Counted from the first letter of the whole stretch, positions 1 to 12,578 are shown. The stretch is DNA of 63,724 nt, filler included, from Folioceros fuciformis (GCA_049999805.1; 38 parts of 38 records of this genome joined end to end with filler, not necessarily neighbours in it); one strand, 5' to 3'. Numbers and translations: made by a program. The notes: generated by a model not told the origin, from the letters alone.

Positions 1-1550
1 TCCAATGAGTGTTACGCCAGCCGAGATACGTCGGATCAACACATCGGTAGAGTTTATCGAGAATTTGGCTAAATTAGAAAATATCCAATCAGGTCGACTG
101 GCATCTTGACCCGAACCCGAAAAAATTCTGAACCTATCCGGCGTTTCGGAGGCCGCTGCGCTTCGATACAAATGTTAGACTGAAGCCATGTTCCATAAGC
201 TGATTGGAATTGAAATCTTTAGCTTGGAAGGGCAATCGCGAGCGCTGGCCTCCCTATTCGCCTGATGCCCAGGCTGGCGGCCTCGTGACAAATCGGGAAG
301 TAGCTTATGGCCCGTAGCGGCCTTACGCCGACATCTTAATCCTTGTCGGAGCGGTAATCGGAGTCGGGATCTACGCGTATTACTAACGGCAGAAGCCGGA
401 TGGCGTGGAATTTAAGATTAGCCGCCGCATTCTTGAGATCGAGCGCCGCCGGCCAATACAAGGATTTGTCTGGCTTCATCTCGGGATAGGCGATTGCTGC
501 ATGGCCTTCTCGACCAAGATCCGCCGCAGCAGCTCGTTGCGAACTGCGACGGTAGCCGCAGCGTCCTCGCCGATCGGCGCTGACTTGCTCAAGCCTTCAA
601 AACTAACAGTGATGACGCCGCGGTCGATTACAAAGTGGGCGGTGACTGGAGCACTCACGCCGGCCTGGTATTGAAAGCTGATCATGTGGAGTGGATGGCC
701 CTCTCGCCGCGTTGCAGGAAGCATCAAATGGGATGACCTTCGACATGGTCAACTCCCCCGACAAAATCGGNNNNNNNNNNTCCAATGAGTGTTACGCCAG
801 CCGAGATACGTCGGATCAACACATCGGTAGAGTTTATCGAGAATTTGGCTAAATTAGAAAATATCCAATCAGGTCGACTGGCATCTTGACCCGAACCCGA
901 AAAAATTCTGAACCTATCCGGCGTTTCGGAGGCCGCTGCGCTTCGATACAAATGTTAGACTGAAGCCATGTTCCATAAGCTGATTGGAATTGAAATCTTT
1001 AGCTTGGAAGGGCAATCGCGAGCGCTGGCCTCCCTATTCGCCTGATGCCCAGGCTGGCGGCCTCGTGACAAATCGGGAAGTAGCTTATGGCCCGTAGCGG
1101 CCTTACGCCGACATCTTAATCCTTGTCGGAGCGGTAATCGGAGTCGGGATCTACGCGTATTACTAACGGCAGAAGCCGGATGGCGTGGAATTTAAGATTA
1201 GCCGCCGCATTCTTGAGATCGAGCGCCGCCGGCCAATACAAGGATTTGTCTGGCTTCATCTCGGGATAGGCGATTGCTGCATGGCCTTCTCGACCAAGAT
1301 CCGCCGCAGCAGCTCGTTGCGAACTGCGACGGTAGCCGCAGCGTCCTCGCCGATCGGCGCTGACTTGCTCAAGCCTTCAAAACTAACAGTGATGACGCCG
1401 CGGTCGATTACAAAGTGGGCGGTGACTGGAGCACTCACGCCGGCCTGGTATTGAAAGCTGATCATGTGGAGTGGATGGCCCTCTCGCCGCGTTGCAGGAA
1501 GCATCAAATGGGATGACCTTCGACATGGTCAACTCCCCCGACAAAATCGG
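1..1550. repeat. Example of artefactual tandem contig duplication (1-770 = 781-1550, 10-N gap); same pattern in 36 of 38 scaffolds
   Basis: The two copies appear identical and start and end at the same bases, often mid-gene. The ORF track gives identical translations at a constant offset. Confidence 0.95.
476..727 (-). CDS. Bacterial hypothetical protein (copy 1256-1507)
   Basis: 83-aa ORF in moderately GC-rich bacterial-like DNA; no family recognised; start uncertain. Confidence 0.35.
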   Translation of the reverse strand: MMLPATRREGHPLHMISFQYQAGVSAPVTAHFVIDRGVITVSFEGLSKSAPIGEDAAATVAVRNELLRRILVEKAMQQSPIPR

Positions 1551-1650
1551 NNNNNNNNNNNNNNNNNNNNNNNNNNNNNNNNNNNNNNNNNNNNTTAATT
1601 AATTAANNNNNNNNNNNNNNNNNNNNNNNNNNNNNNNNNNNNNNNNNNNN
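1551..1650. other. Artificial scaffold spacer N44-TTAATTAATTAA-N44 (first of 37 in the window)
   Basis: The same palindromic 12-mer, with TAA in all six frames and flanked by 44 N on each side, recurs between every pair of unrelated scaffolds up to 62171-62270. Confidence 0.98.
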
Positions 1651-3264
1651 TCGATACACTTGTCCTCACCATAACTCTCTCAACTGAAATTTCCTCTCTC
1701 TCTCTGTCTAAAGAAAAAAATCAGCACTCCGTCACCAACCCATTTTGATTCCTTTAAAAAACTTTGCAATCTGGTCTGAATTTTCCAAACCAACATCCCT
1801 CTCCTAATCAACCCTTAAGTCATGTTCCCAACATCCACTTGCTCAATCATCATTTGTCCAGCTCAAAACCTACTTCTATATTTCAAAAATCACCTAAACA
1901 TAATAATAATCCCACATAGCTAGCCCTAGTGTATAACTACCCTGACACTCAACTGCAAACACAATCCTAAACCCAAGGGTAAAGAGGCCCAATCCCAATG
2001 CTCTTGGCGCGTAGCAAGACCAGAGCTTGCGAAAAGGTTCAGCGGAATCCCCGAAGTGATGAAGGGGAATCACAGGCTTGAAGTACAATAAGGTAGACAT
2101 GTTGGTCTTATTTTTATGGCTTAGCCGGGCCCACAGTAAACGAAGACCGATGTACACAGTCAATCGGTTGATATAGCCTACATGGCATACTAATGTCCAG
2201 CGTGTGTGGAACAAATTTGTCAGGTGACCATGCCCAAGTCACCCGGTGTGACCTGGCCCCTAGTGCAAACCGGCCTGAGTACATTCCAACCCTGGCAGCA
2301 CAAGAAGTTGACCTTGTCGGATGTCTCGGTATGCCAACCTGTGCTTTTGACTTTTCGACACCTACAGATATACTATATATTATAGTGCACATAAGGTACT
2401 TTNNNNNNNNNNTCGATACACTTGTCCTCACCATAACTCTCTCAACTGAAATTTCCTCTCTCTCTCTGTCTAAAGAAAAAAATCAGCACTCCGTCACCAA
2501 CCCATTTTGATTCCTTTAAAAAACTTTGCAATCTGGTCTGAATTTTCCAAACCAACATCCCTCTCCTAATCAACCCTTAAGTCATGTTCCCAACATCCAC
2601 TTGCTCAATCATCATTTGTCCAGCTCAAAACCTACTTCTATATTTCAAAAATCACCTAAACATAATAATAATCCCACATAGCTAGCCCTAGTGTATAACT
2701 ACCCTGACACTCAACTGCAAACACAATCCTAAACCCAAGGGTAAAGAGGCCCAATCCCAATGCTCTTGGCGCGTAGCAAGACCAGAGCTTGCGAAAAGGT
2801 TCAGCGGAATCCCCGAAGTGATGAAGGGGAATCACAGGCTTGAAGTACAATAAGGTAGACATGTTGGTCTTATTTTTATGGCTTAGCCGGGCCCACAGTA
2901 AACGAAGACCGATGTACACAGTCAATCGGTTGATATAGCCTACATGGCATACTAATGTCCAGCGTGTGTGGAACAAATTTGTCAGGTGACCATGCCCAAG
3001 TCACCCGGTGTGACCTGGCCCCTAGTGCAAACCGGCCTGAGTACATTCCAACCCTGGCAGCACAAGAAGTTGACCTTGTCGGATGTCTCGGTATGCCAAC
3101 CTGTGCTTTTGACTTTTCGACACCTACAGATATACTATATATTATAGTGCACATAAGGTACTTTNNNNNNNNNNNNNNNNNNNNNNNNNNNNNNNNNNNN
3201 NNNNNNNNTTAATTAATTAANNNNNNNNNNNNNNNNNNNNNNNNNNNNNNNNNNNNNNNNNNNN

Positions 3265-3525
3265 ATTAATGCTTGTTGTTGTTGTTTTTTGCTCCTTCTC
3301 TTTTAGGTACCACTTCTTGAGATTTTCCATTTTCATCTTGCACATTTTTGTTGTCACACAAGGAAAGCCATAGATATTGCTAACTTTAGCAGCCACCTCA
3401 TTCCAATGTCTTGCAGTAAGATTACCTTGCTTGAGGTGCATCTCATGATAGGCTTCTATCAGAATAATTGATGCTTCTTCACTCCACATGAGGTTGCCAC
3501 TCACACTTTGATTTGGCTGTAGCAT
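3265..3525 (-). CDS. Myb/SANT-like (trihelix-type) DNA-binding domain, 3' truncated, possibly pseudogene (copy 4045-4305)
   Basis: WSEEASIILIEAY...LTARHWNEVAAKV...CKMKMENLKKWY matches the W...W...CKxKxxNLKK trihelix/Myb_DNA-bind_4 pattern. Confidence 0.75.
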
Positions 3526-4998
3526 GTTGTTCCTTTCAGCCTACGAGGAGATCATCGTCTTGGTCTTCAAAGGCTTCTTCATCCTCCACAACGGAGAGAT
3601 GCCTCATGTTGTGTCTTGTGAAGTCTTGCAATTTGTTTAGTGCCTCATCTATGACCTGACGAAGTGTTGATTGGCCAGGAAGAGAAGTATGTGACTAAGG
3701 CTAAGAAGAGGCTAGAGTACTTGTGGTGGAAGTTAGAAGTCTTGCTGTGCTGTGAAGGCTAGAAGAGTTTTCATCCTTATGGGAGGCATACATGCACGAG
3801 AGTGGTGACCTAAGTTTTATGATTATTAATTATAATTATACCATCACGTATATACAATGGAACCAGAGCATGTATCGTTTTTTTTGGACCAAATATAAAA
3901 TACTACTTTGCTTCTTTCTTTGATGGAAATAAAGGTTTTTTTTAGAGCTTTTCTTTTCTTTCCTTTCCAGGAAACGTTTAGGGTTTAGGGCGGCGTGGAA
4001 CTATGAACTGCCATTGCGAAAGGCCCTTCAAATGNNNNNNNNNNATTAATGCTTGTTGTTGTTGTTTTTTGCTCCTTCTCTTTTAGGTACCACTTCTTGA
4101 GATTTTCCATTTTCATCTTGCACATTTTTGTTGTCACACAAGGAAAGCCATAGATATTGCTAACTTTAGCAGCCACCTCATTCCAATGTCTTGCAGTAAG
4201 ATTACCTTGCTTGAGGTGCATCTCATGATAGGCTTCTATCAGAATAATTGATGCTTCTTCACTCCACATGAGGTTGCCACTCACACTTTGATTTGGCTGT
4301 AGCATGTTGTTCCTTTCAGCCTACGAGGAGATCATCGTCTTGGTCTTCAAAGGCTTCTTCATCCTCCACAACGGAGAGATGCCTCATGTTGTGTCTTGTG
4401 AAGTCTTGCAATTTGTTTAGTGCCTCATCTATGACCTGACGAAGTGTTGATTGGCCAGGAAGAGAAGTATGTGACTAAGGCTAAGAAGAGGCTAGAGTAC
4501 TTGTGGTGGAAGTTAGAAGTCTTGCTGTGCTGTGAAGGCTAGAAGAGTTTTCATCCTTATGGGAGGCATACATGCACGAGAGTGGTGACCTAAGTTTTAT
4601 GATTATTAATTATAATTATACCATCACGTATATACAATGGAACCAGAGCATGTATCGTTTTTTTTGGACCAAATATAAAATACTACTTTGCTTCTTTCTT
4701 TGATGGAAATAAAGGTTTTTTTTAGAGCTTTTCTTTTCTTTCCTTTCCAGGAAACGTTTAGGGTTTAGGGCGGCGTGGAACTATGAACTGCCATTGCGAA
4801 AGGCCCTTCAAATGNNNNNNNNNNNNNNNNNNNNNNNNNNNNNNNNNNNNNNNNNNNNTTAATTAATTAANNNNNNNNNNNNNNNNNNNNNNNNNNNNNN
4901 NNNNNNNNNNNNNNTGAAGGGCTAAGTTAGCTCTTGGAGTGACTCAAGAATTGATAATATTGAAAAAAAAAAAACAATGATAACTTTTTGTATTCAAG

Positions 4999-5442
4999 AG
5001 GACAATTTTAACAGACCATAAGAATATTACTGGAAAGCTTGAACAAACTTTGAGTAAAGTGGAGAACTGGTTGATAAAAGTAAGTGAACTAGAAAGAGAG
5101 AGCCCAAGTGAGCGAGATGTTCCTAGTCAAGATAAACCAAAGTGGTCTAATATCCTTCTAGCATCTTCCAAACGACACGAAACATGGATAGCTAACAAGG
5201 AGGAACAATGGAATGAGTTTAGAGCTCAGGTCAGTTAAAATAAACTCCATGTTTTTTATTATTATCCAACATAAAAAGCTAGCTCTGATATGGGCAACTA
5301 GAGACTAATATAATTATGTTTTAAAATCTAGTTAGAAACATTATTAAAATTATTTGTCGATCGTGCAAATGAGATGTCAAATCTCCAACACATGGAACGA
5401 GAACGTGTGATGAAAGAACATGCATATCTTGAAGAGCTTCAG
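4999..5442 (+). CDS. Two exons (4999-5229, 5332-5442) of an unidentified plant coiled-coil protein (copy 6019-6462)
   Basis: AG/GT-bounded in-frame exons RTILTDHKNITGKLEQTLSKVENW...NEFRAQ and LETLLKLFVDRANEMSNLQHMERERVMKEHAYLEELQ, separated by an AT-rich intron. Confidence 0.6.
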
Positions 5443-5877
5443 GTTTAATTTCTAAACCCTCATGGTTAATTTTTTTTTTTAAAGTCTTAAGGAACAAAAA
5501 ATGGAAGTGATATAATACCCATGACTTCCATTGTTTGTTTTAAGTTATTTTATTGCAGCTTAATTTCTCCTTTTCATTGGGAGCTTTAAGTCCTATTTTA
5601 GTTTTCTCTACATATATGTATAGCTCTCACTATATATTCAATATAAGCATTTCATGAAATAAGATTAAGCACAAAACTTGAAAACTCATCTACCTTTAAA
5701 AAATATTAAAATAAAATAAAAAAGGGGCTCTTTAGGAATCTGTAAAAGTACAACACACTGAAGCAAAAGCTATTTTTTCTACATTCAAAAGACTTGAAGA
5801 AACATGTCACGCATGCACCCATGAACACGAAACATGTTTTGCAAGGTGCATTGAGGTAACATCACAAACTCAAATGG

Positions 5878-5924
5878 TTTAGGGTTTTAGGGTTTTAGGG
5901 TTTTAGGGTTTTAGGGTTTTAGGG
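5878..5924 (+). repeat. Telomere-like tract TTTAGGG(TTTTAGGG)5 at contig end (copy 6898-6944)
   Basis: Read directly; runs into the N gap. Confidence 0.9.
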
Positions 5925-7044
5925 NNNNNNNNNNTGAAGGGCTAAGTTAGCTCTTGGAGTGACTCAAGAATTGATAATATTGAAAAAAAAAAAACAATGA
6001 TAACTTTTTGTATTCAAGAGGACAATTTTAACAGACCATAAGAATATTACTGGAAAGCTTGAACAAACTTTGAGTAAAGTGGAGAACTGGTTGATAAAAG
6101 TAAGTGAACTAGAAAGAGAGAGCCCAAGTGAGCGAGATGTTCCTAGTCAAGATAAACCAAAGTGGTCTAATATCCTTCTAGCATCTTCCAAACGACACGA
6201 AACATGGATAGCTAACAAGGAGGAACAATGGAATGAGTTTAGAGCTCAGGTCAGTTAAAATAAACTCCATGTTTTTTATTATTATCCAACATAAAAAGCT
6301 AGCTCTGATATGGGCAACTAGAGACTAATATAATTATGTTTTAAAATCTAGTTAGAAACATTATTAAAATTATTTGTCGATCGTGCAAATGAGATGTCAA
6401 ATCTCCAACACATGGAACGAGAACGTGTGATGAAAGAACATGCATATCTTGAAGAGCTTCAGGTTTAATTTCTAAACCCTCATGGTTAATTTTTTTTTTT
6501 AAAGTCTTAAGGAACAAAAAATGGAAGTGATATAATACCCATGACTTCCATTGTTTGTTTTAAGTTATTTTATTGCAGCTTAATTTCTCCTTTTCATTGG
6601 GAGCTTTAAGTCCTATTTTAGTTTTCTCTACATATATGTATAGCTCTCACTATATATTCAATATAAGCATTTCATGAAATAAGATTAAGCACAAAACTTG
6701 AAAACTCATCTACCTTTAAAAAATATTAAAATAAAATAAAAAAGGGGCTCTTTAGGAATCTGTAAAAGTACAACACACTGAAGCAAAAGCTATTTTTTCT
6801 ACATTCAAAAGACTTGAAGAAACATGTCACGCATGCACCCATGAACACGAAACATGTTTTGCAAGGTGCATTGAGGTAACATCACAAACTCAAATGGTTT
6901 AGGGTTTTAGGGTTTTAGGGTTTTAGGGTTTTAGGGTTTTAGGGNNNNNNNNNNNNNNNNNNNNNNNNNNNNNNNNNNNNNNNNNNNNTTAATTAATTAA
7001 NNNNNNNNNNNNNNNNNNNNNNNNNNNNNNNNNNNNNNNNNNNN

Positions 7045-7642
7045 GCGCAAGGTGCTCCAAACCGGCGTGCGAGAAGCCATTGCACTTGAGCAGGCACAGC
7101 GACTGCAGATTGCGCGAGCAGCTGTGCGCCAGCACCAGCAGGTCCGCATCGGTCACAATCATGCGCTTGAGCTTCAAATGGCGCAGGTTGGAGTGATAGC
7201 GATCCGCAAAGAGCGCCACCCAGGGCGCAGCGTACGCCCCCCACACCTCCGCCCTGGGAATGAGATCGTAGTCCGTGACCCGAGGCTTCCCCTTGATGTA
7301 GAAGGAGGTGGCGCTGGGAAACCGGTTCCCCACAGTGTCCGGGTACACCACGTAGCAGCTGGACACGAACACTCGGCTCCTGCACCCACCTTCCACCTCC
7401 TTGAAGCGCTTGCACACCTGAGAGACTGCGTTTCGATGAGAATGCTGCCAGATGAGATCAAACACTTGCCGTAAGATTTCATCTGGACAACTTAGCAAGC
7501 AGGAGAGCGACTCGGGTCCTCGCCACTGGCTGTCACCCATGCTGCTCCCGCTCCTGCTCCACCAGCCACTGCCACTGCCACTGCCACTGCTGCTTCTTCC
7601 GCTTCCCACCATCTGCTCGCCTCCGCACTCCGGCATCTCCAT
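7045..7642 (-). CDS. TIR1/AFB/COI1-family F-box/LRR protein, N-terminal part, XFB-like
   Basis: F-box CPDEILRQVF..RNAVSQVCKRF, then CY..P....RFP, KGKPR..D..LIP..WGAYAAPW, LKLKRMIVTD and C.GFS..GL: colinear with TIR1/COI1 N-termini. Confidence 0.9.
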
Positions 7643-7695
7643 TTCCCTCTCCCTTCCTTTCCCTCCCCAACTCGCACCTCCTACGNNNNNNNNNN

Positions 7696-8293
7696 GCGCA
7701 AGGTGCTCCAAACCGGCGTGCGAGAAGCCATTGCACTTGAGCAGGCACAGCGACTGCAGATTGCGCGAGCAGCTGTGCGCCAGCACCAGCAGGTCCGCAT
7801 CGGTCACAATCATGCGCTTGAGCTTCAAATGGCGCAGGTTGGAGTGATAGCGATCCGCAAAGAGCGCCACCCAGGGCGCAGCGTACGCCCCCCACACCTC
7901 CGCCCTGGGAATGAGATCGTAGTCCGTGACCCGAGGCTTCCCCTTGATGTAGAAGGAGGTGGCGCTGGGAAACCGGTTCCCCACAGTGTCCGGGTACACC
8001 ACGTAGCAGCTGGACACGAACACTCGGCTCCTGCACCCACCTTCCACCTCCTTGAAGCGCTTGCACACCTGAGAGACTGCGTTTCGATGAGAATGCTGCC
8101 AGATGAGATCAAACACTTGCCGTAAGATTTCATCTGGACAACTTAGCAAGCAGGAGAGCGACTCGGGTCCTCGCCACTGGCTGTCACCCATGCTGCTCCC
8201 GCTCCTGCTCCACCAGCCACTGCCACTGCCACTGCCACTGCTGCTTCTTCCGCTTCCCACCATCTGCTCGCCTCCGCACTCCGGCATCTCCAT
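7696..8293 (-). CDS. Duplicate copy of the TIR1/COI1-family F-box fragment
   Basis: Identical to 7045-7642. The 434-aa ORF in the track is a fusion across the N gap. Confidence 0.85.
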
Positions 8294-8436
8294 TTCCCTC
8301 TCCCTTCCTTTCCCTCCCCAACTCGCACCTCCTACGNNNNNNNNNNNNNNNNNNNNNNNNNNNNNNNNNNNNNNNNNNNNTTAATTAATTAANNNNNNNN
8401 NNNNNNNNNNNNNNNNNNNNNNNNNNNNNNNNNNNN

Positions 8437-8921
8437 AGCCTTTCCTTGAAGAAGGAGCCGGGCACGCCGCCCGCGTAGAAAATCCTCTTGTTGCTGTTGC
8501 GACTGAAATCCTTCAAGCTGAGGCTACATCCAGCCTGCCGCGGGGGCAATTCCTGGAACAGCGTGTTGAAGTCGTTGGACGGCAGGTCTGAGAAGAACAC
8601 CTCCACCTCGGGCATCTCTACGTTGGCAATCCCGTACCTTCCCTTCACCAGATCAAGAATGCTCTTCACGGCGTTGAGCGTGTTGTTCCCGGTGGCGCAT
8701 CCCAGGTCCGCAACGCGCAGCGCTGGCTGGCCAGGGCCAGGGGCGGGAATTTGCCGCACCTCTCGCAGCGCGGAGTAGAGGACGAGCTCGCAGAAATTGA
8801 AGACGTGCGCTTGCGCCTGCGAATTTTTGGCATAGCTGGCGTCCCCTGTCCCGCCGGACATGTTGGACTTGGCAATCTGGATGGCCTCGGCCTCGCCGCT
8901 GGTAAGAGCCGCGATCGTCAT
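8437..8921 (-). CDS. SABATH-family SAM-dependent carboxyl methyltransferase, N-terminal half
   Basis: MSGGTGDASYAKNS, RVADLGCATGNNT, FFSDLPSNDFNTLF and GVPGSF are diagnostic Methyltransf_7 motifs. Confidence 0.95.
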
Positions 8922-8960
8922 CTTGGAATTGGGTTAGAATGCGCTCGATTAGATGGCTCA

Positions 8961-9004
8961 CAATGCAATGCAGTGCAGTGCAAGGCAGTGCAGTGCAATG
9001 CAGT
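8961..9004. repeat. Imperfect pentanucleotide microsatellite (TGCAA/TGCAG)n upstream of the SABATH start
   Basis: caatgcaatgcagtgcagtgcaaggcagtgcagtgcaatgcagt read directly. Confidence 0.8.
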
Positions 9005-9376
9005 CACTAACTACTTCCTCCTCCCGACTACGGCTGCGGCTACGACAGATCCGAGCAGCCCAGACAGCAGCGACAGGAGAGTGCGAATCCGCGGCGAGAG
9101 TTGCGTCTCGCGTCAGAAGAAGGGCGAATTTGGAGTCGGAGACGCAAATTCCGAGGCGCCAAGGAGCAGGGGGGAAGAATGCGGGAGGGACGGAAGGCGA
9201 AGAAGGCGCGGATGGGAAAAAATGGCTCATGACTGGGGAAGTGGGGCGCGCTTAAAAAGCCCGAGTGGCGTATCAAGGCACTGACCCACAGTGCTTGGCG
9301 ACTTTTCTCGTCATACAGCAAGGCAAGGCAAGGCAAGCGCGAGGGCAAGCATGAACTGTGTACACANNNNNNNNNN

Positions 9377-9861
9377 AGCCTTTCCTTGAAGAAGGAGCCG
9401 GGCACGCCGCCCGCGTAGAAAATCCTCTTGTTGCTGTTGCGACTGAAATCCTTCAAGCTGAGGCTACATCCAGCCTGCCGCGGGGGCAATTCCTGGAACA
9501 GCGTGTTGAAGTCGTTGGACGGCAGGTCTGAGAAGAACACCTCCACCTCGGGCATCTCTACGTTGGCAATCCCGTACCTTCCCTTCACCAGATCAAGAAT
9601 GCTCTTCACGGCGTTGAGCGTGTTGTTCCCGGTGGCGCATCCCAGGTCCGCAACGCGCAGCGCTGGCTGGCCAGGGCCAGGGGCGGGAATTTGCCGCACC
9701 TCTCGCAGCGCGGAGTAGAGGACGAGCTCGCAGAAATTGAAGACGTGCGCTTGCGCCTGCGAATTTTTGGCATAGCTGGCGTCCCCTGTCCCGCCGGACA
9801 TGTTGGACTTGGCAATCTGGATGGCCTCGGCCTCGCCGCTGGTAAGAGCCGCGATCGTCAT
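9377..9861 (-). CDS. Duplicate copy of the SABATH fragment
   Basis: Identical to 8437-8921. Confidence 0.9.
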
Positions 9862-10406
9862 CTTGGAATTGGGTTAGAATGCGCTCGATTAGATGGCTCA
9901 CAATGCAATGCAGTGCAGTGCAAGGCAGTGCAGTGCAATGCAGTCACTAACTACTTCCTCCTCCCGACTACGGCTGCGGCTACGACAGATCCGAGCAGCC
10001 CAGACAGCAGCGACAGGAGAGTGCGAATCCGCGGCGAGAGTTGCGTCTCGCGTCAGAAGAAGGGCGAATTTGGAGTCGGAGACGCAAATTCCGAGGCGCC
10101 AAGGAGCAGGGGGGAAGAATGCGGGAGGGACGGAAGGCGAAGAAGGCGCGGATGGGAAAAAATGGCTCATGACTGGGGAAGTGGGGCGCGCTTAAAAAGC
10201 CCGAGTGGCGTATCAAGGCACTGACCCACAGTGCTTGGCGACTTTTCTCGTCATACAGCAAGGCAAGGCAAGGCAAGCGCGAGGGCAAGCATGAACTGTG
10301 TACACANNNNNNNNNNNNNNNNNNNNNNNNNNNNNNNNNNNNNNNNNNNNTTAATTAATTAANNNNNNNNNNNNNNNNNNNNNNNNNNNNNNNNNNNNNN
10401 NNNNNN

Positions 10407-10998
10407 GACCAGCAGCCGGGGACGGGAGGATTGCAACGCCGTCTATGGCAAGGTGATGGGCGGCATCTGGCGACATTCGATCGTCAATGCCTGCGGCGCG
10501 CCGAACCAGACGGCCAACGGTTTCGAGGATGGGTCCGAATTCTCCTGCGGCTTCAAAAATCCGGGTTATTGGGACGGTCTCGATCAGGACGCATTCTTCG
10601 CCTGCCATGACATTACATTCATCGACCTTCCTCGCCGAACGGCCTCCTCTCAGATCGGCATGTTCGGCTTGAAGATCGACGGATATGCCATGCCGACCTA
10701 TATGCTCGACCTGACGTTCGTGCGCTGGATCGACACGGCCAACAAGGATGGCGGCGCAATCCGCAATTATGGGGAGTTCGACCGCGGTCTGTGGATCGAT
10801 GGTACACGCGCGATCAATTGCACCTTCGGCGCTGGCGCGCCGCTCATCAACCTCCACAAATTTTCAGGACGGGCTAACGTTACAAACAGCCGGTCATGGA
10901 AATGCAAAGGTCCCGCCCTCGTCGTGGCTGATGGTAAAGGCGCGCAACTGGAGCCAGCGCGCGCAATGTCAGGCGACGTCCCTCGCTTTTCGCATTAG
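10407..10998 (+). CDS. Bacterial hypothetical protein, 5' truncated, Gly/Asp/Asn-rich (copy 11447-12038)
   Basis: Frame is open from the contig start, with GC3-rich alphaproteobacterial-like codons. Confidence 0.6.
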
Positions 10999-11352
10999 GA
11001 TCGGGCATAGGCTTCGCGCGATCGCGTGGGCTGCGCGGCAAGGCCTGTTGCGAGAGGCCGACAGACGGGTTCCCAGCGCACATCCCGACAAACCCAGCCT
11101 TGCCACTCAATTCGCTTTCTCATCGCGCGAAGAGCTAGACGACAGGCTGTCGCGGATCATAACGGCATGGAATCGCGACACGAAACGCAATCCGCGTCGT
11201 CCACGAACAATCGATTTCCACCGACCATTAACCAATATCTGCGATGAGATGTGCGCCGCTCCCTTATCGCGGCCTGTCACACTCCATTTTTCAGGCCTCG
11301 CCGACGATCACCGTAACGACACGGCGGGGCCCAAAAGTTCAGGCACATCTCC

Positions 11353-11436
11353 ATGTCGTCGACACCACGATACGGCAAGCTCTGGACATCGCAGGACGAG
11401 CACCTGCTCCAGACCATGATCGATAGCGGCATTGCG
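11353..11436 (+). CDS. N-terminus of a small bacterial Myb/GcrA-like helix-turn-helix protein (copy 12393-12476)
   Basis: MSSTPRYGKLWTSQDEHLLQTMIDSGIA has a WTxxDExxL first-helix pattern; truncated by the contig end. Confidence 0.4.
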
Positions 11437-12578
11437 NNNNNNNNNNGACCAGCAGCCGGGGACGGGAGGATTGCAACGCCGTCTATGGCAAGGTGATGGG
11501 CGGCATCTGGCGACATTCGATCGTCAATGCCTGCGGCGCGCCGAACCAGACGGCCAACGGTTTCGAGGATGGGTCCGAATTCTCCTGCGGCTTCAAAAAT
11601 CCGGGTTATTGGGACGGTCTCGATCAGGACGCATTCTTCGCCTGCCATGACATTACATTCATCGACCTTCCTCGCCGAACGGCCTCCTCTCAGATCGGCA
11701 TGTTCGGCTTGAAGATCGACGGATATGCCATGCCGACCTATATGCTCGACCTGACGTTCGTGCGCTGGATCGACACGGCCAACAAGGATGGCGGCGCAAT
11801 CCGCAATTATGGGGAGTTCGACCGCGGTCTGTGGATCGATGGTACACGCGCGATCAATTGCACCTTCGGCGCTGGCGCGCCGCTCATCAACCTCCACAAA
11901 TTTTCAGGACGGGCTAACGTTACAAACAGCCGGTCATGGAAATGCAAAGGTCCCGCCCTCGTCGTGGCTGATGGTAAAGGCGCGCAACTGGAGCCAGCGC
12001 GCGCAATGTCAGGCGACGTCCCTCGCTTTTCGCATTAGGATCGGGCATAGGCTTCGCGCGATCGCGTGGGCTGCGCGGCAAGGCCTGTTGCGAGAGGCCG
12101 ACAGACGGGTTCCCAGCGCACATCCCGACAAACCCAGCCTTGCCACTCAATTCGCTTTCTCATCGCGCGAAGAGCTAGACGACAGGCTGTCGCGGATCAT
12201 AACGGCATGGAATCGCGACACGAAACGCAATCCGCGTCGTCCACGAACAATCGATTTCCACCGACCATTAACCAATATCTGCGATGAGATGTGCGCCGCT
12301 CCCTTATCGCGGCCTGTCACACTCCATTTTTCAGGCCTCGCCGACGATCACCGTAACGACACGGCGGGGCCCAAAAGTTCAGGCACATCTCCATGTCGTC
12401 GACACCACGATACGGCAAGCTCTGGACATCGCAGGACGAGCACCTGCTCCAGACCATGATCGATAGCGGCATTGCGNNNNNNNNNNNNNNNNNNNNNNNN
12501 NNNNNNNNNNNNNNNNNNNNTTAATTAATTAANNNNNNNNNNNNNNNNNNNNNNNNNNNNNNNNNNNNNNNNNNNNCT

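Noticed and set aside
1595-1606. Regularly spaced TTAATTAATTAA as a CRISPR-like repeat or recombination site
   Set aside because: Always embedded in exactly 44 N on each side; it is a synthetic six-frame-stop spacer.
6989-8293. 434-aa double F-box protein, and similar long ORFs at 52551-53735, 26511-27254 and 9040-9861
   Set aside because: These read through N gaps between duplicate copies.
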